A stretch of 63,594 nucleotides of DNA, the filler included, from Collodictyon triciliatum (lineage: Eukaryota), in NCBI GenBank assembly GCA_043381765.1. It is 7 parts of 7 records of this genome, joined end to end, with 100 filler letters (N's around TTAATTAATTAA, not from the genome) between each part and the next. Parts side by side here need not be neighbours in the genome. Positions count along the whole stretch, not along the records: positions 32,545 to 43,255 come from JBHJMP010002581.1; positions 43,356 to 56,482 come from JBHJMP010002583.1; 5 more parts are not named here. The stretch is one strand, 5' to 3'. The notes beneath the pieces were generated by a model, which had not been told where the DNA came from, did not search any database, and worked only from the letters and a program-made list of their open reading frames with translations. This document shows, piece after piece, positions 37,952 to 47,985 of this stretch (position 1 is its first letter; each line of letters begins with the position of its first letter). Position numbers and translations under genes: made by a program.

Positions 37952-40900
37952 TTATTTCTGGATGAAGTAGACTGCACCTTTCAGGGGCCCCTTTGTAGAG
38001 TCAAACGGAGCTGAGACGATAAGTGTGTTTGCCTCCACAGCCACGTCATAACCAAAGCCGTCTGAGCCATCGGCAACTCCCAAAGTGTGACGGTTTGTTT
38101 GTATCCATTCCCCACCGAGCATGGTAAACTCGTAAGCAGACCCTACATGAGTTATTTTGTGGTTTACATTATGATTACGCATCATTATATTTTTTTTGAA
38201 ATTCGAAAAGACAACTTCTTTCATTAGAGAACCTTTCAAGTTGCATTTCGAGCTTCTATAGCACGGCTGCGAGCCAACAACGAGCGTCGCGTCATGGACA
38301 TCAAAGCTAAAGCCAAAGTATTCATCCACAGTGCCTAGACTCGGCCGAATGGTTGCCGTTTCAACATACTGACCATTTTCATTAACATTGAGCGTGGTGA
38401 TTGAGCCAGCGTTGGGTTCTATGGTGCCGTCATTGATGGCAGATACAAACAGTATCTGATTGAAAAACTTGACTTTCCACCCAAAGCCAAGCTTTGATTG
38501 ATCAGCGATTCGCTGAGACAAGCGCCATTTCTTTCCCACTAACCGAATGATGTAGATAGCTCGGTGGGCAGGATTGACAGGGTTGTTGGAGGCTGCAAAC
38601 AAGGATTCACTTTGGAGTGATACTGACGACCCGAAAAACTCGTTTTCGATTTGAAGCGGCGAGTTTATAAATCTGGGGATAGTGTCCCATTTCCCACCTG
38701 CATCTCTCCTAAAAATATATACTCTCCCGGATTTTGGTGCTTTTTGCGCGTCGCTGGGGTGCGGAGAACCAACTGCTATGACATTATTAAAGCTTGACAT
38801 GCACTTTCCAAAGTCGAAGCGACCTGTCAGCTCCTTGGGTCTCAGAGACACTAATTTCGAGAAGTTGTTTCTGAAAGAGTCCCATTTGAAGACAGCTACT
38901 ATGCCCACAGGCATACCAGCATACACTGAATCTGGAGCAGAAACCAGTAAATATTCGTTGTCGAGGTGAACTTGGAATCCAAACTTGATGTTCCATTTGA
39001 TATATGGGTTCCTGATTTTCTTTAAAAAACTCCATTCGTTATCAAGATATTTGTAAACCAAAAGGAAACCACCGTCACACGAAACTGAAGGATTGACACA
39101 AAAAGGAACAGAAATAATCGCTGTTCCATTCTTGATTGAAACTTGATGCCCCATGTATTCCGATTTCGATTTGTCGTTTAGTTGGAATAAGTTTATTATT
39201 TTTTGTGGGTTACCTATAATGACTGAAATATTTCTTGCCTCAAAAGCCTTTCCATCGCTTATCTGAATTGTGAACCGGTCTTCATACGATTTATTCGGCG
39301 TTGGGGTGTATATGAGCTTAATGCCATCGGAAGGCAGATAATACTTTGTGTTGGCAGAGATAGTAATATTGCCTATTCTCATTGACCGTGTGGGGTTAGT
39401 CAGAATATTTGTGATTTCAAAAGTAATGATGTCTTCTTTGTCAATATCTTGTGCATGAATTGGAATACTTATTGCTTCATTAACTTCAGTTTTGACTGAT
39501 TTTGGAGCATACAATATGGGTGCGTGGTTTACAGGATTGACGTTGATTGCTAGCAGTTGCTCATTAGCTATGAGCATCCCATCAGACACATAATATGCAA
39601 TTATCACCAGGGGCTTGCCATACCTCAGTTTCGGTGAAGTATATCGTATCACCGCCATGCCTTTGCTCATAGGAATCGCGGTGGTCGTGTTTATGGTTGT
39701 ATCTCCATGGGTCAGTATCCCGATGGGTGGGAGTTGTGAGATGTACGCGGTTATGTCATCATTGTTGTCATCTTCTCCCTTCAATACTATGTCCACAAAA
39801 CTACCTTCATCACACACTAAAGTTGCGTTTGTGGTAGCCTCTGGTGCAAAGTTGACATATGTGGTGCTTACAACAAGCTCCTGCTCACTCGACTTGAGTC
39901 CGGCTGGGTCTTGTGTGTATACCTTGATTCGGTCGACCTCGCCGACATACAGCGCTGGTACTACTACTTGGAGCTTCCAAATACCATCATCGCTTGTCTT
40001 TTTCAGAGGCCGGATGATGTTAACATCTTGGCCATCTTGCTGCAGCTTGATTTGTGTATTTGTATGGCTTAGGATGTAAGCATTTGTTATATCACTATCT
40101 GGGTCGACTACAATTAAGACAATTGTAACAACCCTAGGTGATTGCGAGTCAGGGATAATGACGTTTTCTTCGATTGCAAATAAAAAAGGTGCAAAGTTGA
40201 CATCCTTGATACTGATGTCTAATATCTTGTCGATCGATTTGTCGCCGTTGTTGACCGTGTATGTGAACGAGCTTGTTTGTGCTCCTGTTGATGTATAGAT
40301 GCTAGACGGTTGGGGTGTGACATATCGTAGGTTGATACTTGCCGATGTTCCATTCGCAAGTACAGCTCCGGTGCTTAGGGCTACATCGCTCTTGGGTAGA
40401 TACAGAGACCCCAAGGACGGTGCAGTCTTCAGTACAAGTGTCACACTGAGGTTATCTTTGTCTTCACCGCTCACATTGACTGTTGAAGAGTCTCGCTCAT
40501 TCACAATGATAGATGATGGACTGGCGCTAGCTGTGGGTGTGCGTGAGACGAACCGGATGCTGAGACTTACACTTGTCGTCGATGATTGAGCGTTCGCACT
40601 GGTTGTGTTGTCAAACGCTACAAAGCTGACACTGCCGTAGTTGTCTCCGTAGTCAGGTATCACCCCTTCACTCTCAAGCGGTCCGGCATATGTGAATGTC
40701 TCTGTAAATGATGTTGTCGTGTAGCTGAATACTTGACCGTCTACCACCTGAGCTCCTTTGTGAGTGATGGTACCCTTCAGCGTCGATGGTACGATAGCTC
40801 GAAGAGAGATGGTGTCTATCAAGTCGACGTCGCTACCACCGATAACAAAGCTGCCTTGACCATACCGGTCGATGGCGATTGACGATGAAGATGCACTGAC

Positions 40901-43255
40901 AGTTGGTGAGTGGTTGATATGGGCAACGTTGATAACGATGGACTGCCTTTCGGAAGAGGATTTGCCATCAAACACAGTGTATGTGAACGATGTGTATGGG
41001 GTTCCGTAGGTAACCTTTGGCGGAACAAACTTGACGGTGTTTCCTGTCAGCTTATATCCAATTGTCACCAAAGTGTCTCCGTCGTAGAGATTTCCTCGAC
41101 TCGGAACAGATGATATCTGGTACGATAGCGTGTCAGCAGGTATGTCCGCATCGCTTCCAGTGAGTGTGATGGTGACCTCGCCGTCTTCATCCATGTCTAT
41201 AGTTTGAGAGTATCCGACTGGTGCATGGTTCAGATCAAGAGTGGTCAGCGATACCGACAAGCTAGATGACAATTTCCCGTCGCTGACTTCAAATGTATAG
41301 CTATCGTTGAAGAATCGGTACACTGGTGGCGTAAATCGTACTTTCACACCTTCTCTTGGTAGACTATACACTCTGTTGGCTACAATCGCTTCACCGCTCG
41401 GTAGGAGCGTAAACTGTGACCCTATAGAGATAGACGATGGATTGCTGGTGAACCGGATTGTGAGACTGTCAGCTACGTCAACATCATTGCCAATCAGTGT
41501 CATGTCTGTAGATGTGTCTTCGTACAAAAGAACAAGAGTTTGTGCAGATGCTACTGGTGCGTGATTGACATGGTTGACAATGAAAGACAGTGGTTGTTCT
41601 GCTGACTTGAGTTTGCCGTCGCTTACATAATACCGAATCGATGTCAGCGGATTGCCGAATGTATACTTGGGTGGCGCGTATGTGAGTGTCCACTGTCTGT
41701 TGATGCCTCCACCAATCACAGTGCTACTCGACGAGATGACGTTGCCATTTGAGTCTGTCAATACTCCAGTGCTAGGAAGTCCGCTGATGTACGCGCTCAA
41801 AGCGTCATTGTTGTCGTCTTGTCCGCCGATTGTGAAAGTCACGGATTGGTCTTCATCGAACGATGGCACACTGTTTGTGGTGGTGACAGGCGCGAAGTTG
41901 ACATATGTGCTGCTTACAACAAGCTCCTGCTCACTCGACTTGAGTCCGGCTGGGTCTTGTGTGTATACCTTGATTCGGTCGACCTCACCGACATACAGCG
42001 CTGGTACTACTACTTGGAACTTCCATAGTCCGTCGCTTGTCTTTGCGAGTGGCTTGCTGGTGTCGATGTTAGCTCCGCCTTGCTGCAGCTTGATTTGTGC
42101 ATTTGTGTGGCTGAGAATGTATGCATCAATTGCATCGCCGTCTGGGTCGACTCCACTTATCACAAATGTGACGTCTCGGCTGCTCTGTGAGTCTGGAATT
42201 GTGATAGATGGTTGCGCAGAGATGAATGGCGAAAAGTTTTTGTCCTTTACGGCAATGTTAACAGGGAAAGTAGTTGCTATCTGGCTATTTCTAACTATCA
42301 CATTGAATGAATCAGACTGAGCTCCCTCAGAAACGGCTGGATTTGTTGCTTGATGTACGTAAAGGAAAGTTGCACTGACAGTTTTGCTGTAAGTAATGAT
42401 AATTTTCGAGGTACTTAGAAGGTTAGAATCACTCGCGACTGCAGGGTAATAAAGTTTTCCTTTCGTCGGCAACGAGGTTATCTCCATCTGGACATCAAGT
42501 AGGCTCGATTGGTCTGGAAGCCCGTCAACTTTGATCGCTAGGGAGTCTCTCTCGTCCAGATTTGGTGCACTGGGCGTTAATGAGACCTTTGGTGGCAGCG
42601 CCGCGAACAAAACGTCCATCGAAACTGTAACGGATACTGATGTTGATTGGTTGTCAGTAGCTGTGACTTTGATCGAATCGTAATCAATGTTATCTCCGAT
42701 GCCAGTAATTGGTGCCTTGTAAGCGAAATTCATGACCTTATAACTGGAATACGTCAATGTTACTGGAGTGCTGATGGTCGTTCCGTCGAGAGAGAATGCA
42801 CCGTTAGTTGGACTTCTCGGTGTAATTGTGACATCTAACTGGTCAATACCATCAAAATCTTGTACAACAATTGCAAAAGGGACGCTCTGATCTCTTGTGG
42901 CATGAAGTTTGGATGACGAAGTGGATATAGTAGGAGGGTGATTGACATGCACGACAGAAATCGTTACGGTCGAGGCGGGGGAGTCTGCCTTGCCGTCGTT
43001 TGCTGTAAACGTGAACGTGGTGTATGGGTTGCCGAAAGAGTATGCGGAGTTCACAAAGCTGACAGACTTTGATGTGCCGAGAGAAAACGGGACGGTGTTG
43101 ATTGCTTGTCCGTTGAACGATAGCGTGCCTTTGGATGGGAGTGTACGTATTATGTACGTAAGTGTCTCAGCTGGTATGTTTGCGTCTGTCGCAGCTAGTG
43201 TGACGGTCACCGGTGTGTCTTCGTTGGTGCTGACACTTTGCGATTGAGATACGGG
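37952..43255 (-). CDS. Giant adhesin-like protein: tandem Ig/cadherin-like (Big_9-type) repeats plus C-terminal FG-GAP beta-propeller, 5' partial
   Basis: About 95-100-aa repeats of the form NHAP...EDxxxxxTLxGxDxD...LPxxGxL...FTYxVxDG; C-terminal FGxxV...VSAP...GxVYIF repeats; one 90-nt in-frame intron at 38143-38232; frame open up to the scaffold end. Confidence 0.88.
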   Translation of the reverse strand, partial: PVSQSQSVSTNEDTPVTVTLAATDANIPAETLTYIIRTLPSKGTLSFNGQAINTVPFSLGTSKSVSFVNSAYSFGNPYTTFTFTANDGKADSPASTVTISVVHVNHPPTISTSSSKLHATRDQSVPFAIVVQDFDGIDQLDVTITPRSPTNGAFSLDGTTISTPVTLTYSSYKVMNFAYKAPITGIGDNIDYDSIKVTATDNQSTSVSVTVSMDVLFAALPPKVSLTPSAPNLDERDSLAIKVDGLPDQSSLLDVQMEITSLPTKGKLYYPAVASDSNLLSTSKIIITYSKTVSATFLYVHQATNPAVSEGAQSDSFNVIVRNSQIATTFPVNIAVKDKNFSPFISAQPSITIPDSQSSRDVTFVISGVDPDGDAIDAYILSHTNAQIKLQQGGANIDTSKPLAKTSDGLWKFQVVVPALYVGEVDRIKVYTQDPAGLKSSEQELVVSSTYVNFAPVTTTNSVPSFDEDQSVTFTIGGQDDNNDALSAYISGLPSTGVLTDSNGNVISSSSTVIGGGINRQWTLTYAPPKYTFGNPLTSIRYYVSDGKLKSAEQPLSFIVNHVNHAPVASAQTLVLLYEDTSTDMTLIGNDVDVADSLTIRFTSNPSSISIGSQFTLLPSGEAIVANRVYSLPREGVKVRFTPPVYRFFNDSYTFEVSDGKLSSSLSVSLTTLDLNHAPVGYSQTIDMDEDGEVTITLTGSDADIPADTLSYQISSVPSRGNLYDGDTLVTIGYKLTGNTVKFVPPKVTYGTPYTSFTYTVFDGKSSSERQSIVINVAHINHSPTVSASSSSIAIDRYGQGSFVIGGSDVDLIDTISLRAIVPSTLKGTITHKGAQVVDGQVFSYTTTSFTETFTYAGPLESEGVIPDYGDNYGSVSFVAFDNTTSANAQSSTTSVSLSIRFVSRTPTASASPSSIIVNERDSSTVNVSGEDKDNLSVTLVLKTAPSLGSLYLPKSDVALSTGAVLANGTSASINLRYVTPQPSSIYTSTGAQTSSFTYTVNNGDKSIDKILDISIKDVNFAPFLFAIEENVIIPDSQSPRVVTIVLIVVDPDSDITNAYILSHTNTQIKLQQDGQDVNIIRPLKKTSDDGIWKLQVVVPALYVGEVDRIKVYTQDPAGLKSSEQELVVSTTYVNFAPEATTNATLVCDEGSFVDIVLKGEDDNNDDITAYISQLPPIGILTHGDTTINTTTAIPMSKGMAVIRYTSPKLRYGKPLVIIAYYVSDGMLIANEQLLAINVNPVNHAPILYAPKSVKTEVNEAISIPIHAQDIDKEDIITFEITNILTNPTRSMRIGNITISANTKYYLPSDGIKLIYTPTPNKSYEDRFTIQISDGKAFEARNISVIIGNPQKIINLFQLNDKSKSEYMGHQVSIKNGTAIISVPFCVNPSVSCDGGFLLVYKYLDNEWSFLKKIRNPYIKWNIKFGFQVHLDNEYLLVSAPDSVYAGMPVGIVAVFKWDSFRNNFSKLVSLRPKELTGRFDFGKCMSSFNNVIAVGSPHPSDAQKAPKSGRVYIFRRDAGGKWDTIPRFINSPLQIENEFFGSSVSLQSESLFAASNNPVNPAHRAIYIIRLVGKKWRLSQRIADQSKLGFGWKVKFFNQILFVSAINDGTIEPNAGSITTLNVNENGQYVETATIRPSLGTVDEYFGFSFDVHDATLVVGSQPCYRSSKCNLKGSLMKEVVFSNFKKNIMMRNHNVNHKITHVGSAYEFTMLGGEWIQTNRHTLGVADGSDGFGYDVAVEANTLIVSAPFDSTKGPLKGAVYFIQK

Positions 43256-43669
43256 NNNNNNNNNNNNNNNNNNNNNNNNNNNNNNNNNNNNNNNNNNNNT
43301 TAATTAATTAANNNNNNNNNNNNNNNNNNNNNNNNNNNNNNNNNNNNNNNNNNNNAAAAAAAAAAAAAAAAAAACAAAAAAACAAAAAAACAAAAAAACA
43401 AAAAAACAAAAAAACAAAAAAACAAAAAAACAAAAAAACAAAAAAACAAAAAAAAAAAAACAAAAAAACAAAAAAACAAAAAGCACCTTGTAATATATTT
43501 CAAATGATCTTGATGATGTGGCGTTGATTTTAATTCATAATTTCAGTCGTTTTGGAACTCCTTCATAGTTCTCATAGTTTCTTTTTCTGTTATATAATAT
43601 ACTTAACTGTTTGCACGCCCATGATGATGCAAGCCATGGCTTATTTCATTCGATTGTGGTTCCACATAG

Positions 43670-46600
43670 TTCAAAAAAGCTGAAGAAGAAAGAGCTAGAC
43701 AAATGGAAGAGAAGCGTATCCAAGAATATTTGCAAAAGCAGCAAGAGCTGGAAAAGATGAAAGAGCGCGATGCAATCATCGAGAGTCTTGGAATGGGGAT
43801 CAAATATTCCCGAACATTCACTGCCAGAAGAAGAGTGCTGCAAAATGCCGTAGAAATTGAAGGTTAATGTCTTGTCCTTTTTTATTTTATTTCATAAACA
43901 TGGTGTAGTTCTGATAATTAGAAACCAAACGAAGAATCAGTAGCGGCTTTTGATTAAAAATCTGTGATATTGTTCATTGGATAAATGAATCGATTCGCAT
44001 ACCCACTAAATATGGTTCATTTCATTTGGAAGCCTCCTAATCCCATCCTCATGAAAGAGATATCTGAAGAAATAAAAACGCCTAGAAATCACCATGCAAT
44101 TACTGTATTTGAAACTTTTCATAATAGATGTTGGGTCTGATTTGGATCAAGAATCAGTTGATTGCAGTGACCGTGCCATTCTGCCATCGTCGGTACTAGA
44201 GGAGCTGCTAGCACTCAACGCCAGCTTCCCATTAATGTTTGAGGTTGTTTAGAGTCACATCTCCATTTGATTCATAAATGCGTAAATTGCACGGCGTTTG
44301 TTGGATGGATGATTAAATACCAACAATATATGTATACAACGATGATCCAGGTCTTACCAAGTAATGAAGATATTCTCACGACAACTCGCAAGACCTTCAT
44401 TAGTGTTCACAAATTTTCTCAGGATGTAATCGTCAATTGATTGCACTGATTCCTTCATTTTTCTTCCTTTTTTTCCATTCGAGCGATGACATTTTTTACG
44501 CCAACATTGCTTGAATCTTAGCTATAACATAAATTTTAGGATTCCATCTATCTTCCTATGGAAATTTTGAAGCGTCTTGGATTCTTCACTGCAGAGGGCG
44601 AATCTGGTATAGAACCCTGCAAAGTCACACTTTATTATGTACGCCTTCCGAAGGCTAAAGAAGCTGTTATAAGAGCTATACAGCCGGGTTTCACCGATTC
44701 AGTTCCTAATGTTAGCGTCGTTCTCGGAAAGTGGCTCCAATCAAGGTTTGCCACGTAAATACGAAAACAGAATCATAAAATATCATGCACAATAGATAGC
44801 TGATTTACATATTGAAAATCAAAGTACTTTACTAAGATTTGTTTATATAAATTATTTATAGATACGCTATCATCGCACCTGGTAATCCTCTGCCAATAGT
44901 GATCAGGAAGCCAGGGTCACCTCCCATGAAATTTGACCTACTTGTGGAATCGGTCAAGTAATATTCACTCATAACAATTCCTCTGGGTTATACATCAAAA
45001 TAATACATAATATTATTTCAGTTACTCATTTTTAGAGGTTAATAGCCAATTTCTTCCTTTTTTTTTTTTAAATAATAATAATGATAAAAGTTGTCAAAGC
45101 ACTAACCATATCATGCGATTGCATAAAATCAGAAGACATAAATTTGTGCTCTCCATAAGTTCAGCAGCAATCTTACCGAAACGATTTTTATCTTATTGAC
45201 CAGACCCGATGGACATGCCGTTTCTACGATTGATACAGACATAAACATATCAATCGTCGAAGACCAGACAGGGTTATCGAGTGCCTCTCGATTTACTGGC
45301 CCATCACCCCGGACAGGGACAAGAAGATTAATTGTGGACAAACCAAACTCTTTAACACCTATTGCAATTGATCTGAGAAATCCCATTTCCTCCTCTCTTC
45401 ATCCCCACGAGACCCATTACTTCAAATTTTCTCTTCCAAAGGATCAGGCCACAACAGATTTGGGTATTCGTCTCACTGTTCTCGCCTCACACCCTGCCAT
45501 GGAACCAGGGGAAAACTCCTCAAAGCAACATGCCAGTCGATTCATGACAGAAACATCTAAACTTACAGCTATGAAAACAGCTGCGTCCAAAGACCCTATG
45601 GGGTTAGAACCACAAAAGGATGAGTCCAGTAATGTATATGATGCGGATCTGTACGTTAGTTTCGGCCCGAACCGATTTCCAAGCCGAATCAACCACAATT
45701 TCGCATCCCATGACGATATCGGTAGTAAGGAGATGGTCTTACCTTCTGAAGCTCTCTCAGGTCAAATTGATGTTTTTATCTCGGTTCTCAACCGTGATAA
45801 TCCTTGTGCCTATGAATTACGCATTGAACAGACCGCTGCAAAAGGCCATCTCGTAAGTCATGGAGAGAGTTCAACAACACCGACAAACACGGTTGTATGT
45901 ACAAACTGCGGCCAGAATGTGCCATCGGCAAATGCCCATATGCACGAGGCATTTTGTCGACGAAATACTGTGCGATGTACTCACCCTAGTTGTGCCGCGA
46001 TGATACGCATACAAGACAAGGATAGCCATATCCATTGTAACTCATGTAGCCACATTGTTAGCTCAAAGAACCTGGGAAAGCATATGGAACTTTATCACAA
46101 AGATATGCTATGTGGATGCGGGGCACGATATTCCTTGGAACATATGCGCAATCACGTAGCCACCGAGTGTCCTTTGCGTCTGATTCAATGTCGCTTTTGC
46201 AATTCCGAACAAGAAGCTGGAAGGTTTGTGGATATTCTGCGAAAAGAAGAAAAAAGAGGCTTCTACGAAATATATTCAGGCTTAAAATCATGCACACTGA
46301 TAATTTTTGCTTGTCTAAAAAAATTTTTCACTCCCAAGACTCTTTTAATCAATTACAACATTCTTTTATTTTTCCATTTTTTTGCCTTTGTTTCCGGTAT
46401 GTATAACCCGTGATTCGTTATCTTTTAGAGGGGCTCTTAGTGTCGAGGACCGTTACTACGGGATCACCACCCCTCACGAGAGCGTATGTGGCTCACACAC
46501 TATCCCATGCGCCATTTGCCGCAAATATGTGATGCAGAAACAAATGGGTATTCATATGTTGGTAAGTTTATCATTCGCCAGCAAGGACTCGCTCTTGTCA

Positions 46601-46973
46601 ACAACGCACTGCCGCTGTCATATCATCCATATCTCATATGCCTTTAGATTTACACATTCATCGATGTCATCATTGTTGCCCAACAAATATGTAGGGGTTG
46701 CATTCCCAAACGTCGCATCCCGCATCACAACCGCACGCGCGGCCATTGGAAAAGCCCAAAGCGGCGTCGATTGAGTGTCCCATATGCACAAAGCATTTCC
46801 CGTCAGAGCGTCACGTTGCAAATCATATTGAGCAGGCTCACAGTACAGCAGACTCAGACGCAGAAGTGGATGTGGATGCGAAGGAAACTTCATCCACGTG
46901 TTTTCTATGTGCAGCTACATTTACTAATAGACATGATTTGCAGATTCGTTTCAGTCAGGTGCATCCCGAGTAG
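43670..46973 (+). CDS. UFD1-family protein with PPC-like domain and TRAF-type/C2H2 zinc fingers, 5' partial
   Basis: SDRAILPSSVLEEL, FPLMFE, IYLPMEI, YVRLPKA and AVSTIDTDINISI (UFD1); DADLYVS; CTNC..HEAFC, HVATECPLRLIQCRFC and CPIC...H...H. Confidence 0.82.
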
Positions 46974-47476
46974 CGTAATTATGACTCTTGTTTGCTGAAA
47001 CATTGCGTGCTGCGATGAGAAGTCTGATTTCATCGGGTAAGAAAAGAAGACCGCAGGGGCAGACAACAACACACCACTTGAGGTATTCCTGTAATACAAA
47101 CTAAAGGAATAAACACCACAGTTTTCTCTCCCTTTCTCCCATAACTATATATTCTTACGCGTATCCTCACGCCCTTCTTACGCTTCAATGGTACCATACG
47201 GTATAGCGCGTGAGAGGAAATGTGCTGTTTGTCCCTTTGGTGTTTAATCATCCGGGTGAAGTGGAGACCCTTTGACTATCGGAAAGAAGAAAGAAAAAAA
47301 AAGGAAAAGGAGATGCCCCAAAGGTTCTACATAGAACCATTTTTTTTTTTTTGGAAGGGCTCAAATCAACGAGAGAAAAGAAAAGTAAAGTGAACTTGTC
47401 TTCAAGTTGCAGATAAAAGAAAGTTTAAGAAAGGAATGAAAAAAAAAAAAAGCAGATATCTGGCCCGTATATCTAG

Positions 47477-47918
47477 TTAGCTTTCGCCTTGCCGAACTAC
47501 GACAACCCAGTCTAACCTTTCTGGGTGGTATGCAACCATGAACCTGTTTGGGTTTGCAGCAAAGTGACCGGAGCGCGAGCGCCGGGCTTTGTACGCATAA
47601 ACTCCGACACCCACAAAGATGAAGAAGCCTGCGATGGAGCAGACAATCGCTGCGATTTCCCCACCATTCAAGACGGGCGAGGACTTGCCTTTGGATGCTT
47701 TGGACTTTGTCTGGCCGAGGACAGCAATTACTCCCGTCTGTGTGCATGTGCACATGGTTGCATCTTGTTGAGCCATTTTCAGAGCCTGCGGCTCCGTGTT
47801 TGTGCATGCGGTGTCATTCCACGCAGAGGTGACTTCTGACCACACAGCACATACAGCTTTTTCTGTGAAGCGGTTGTTCGTAAGGCAGAAGGCAAACGTG
47901 TGGATTATATGCAAAACA

Positions 47919-47985
<67 letters not shown>

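Noticed and set aside
37952-43255. Bacterial contamination
   Set aside because: It has a GT-AG intron shared with a paralog and is contiguous with intron-containing genes on the same scaffold.
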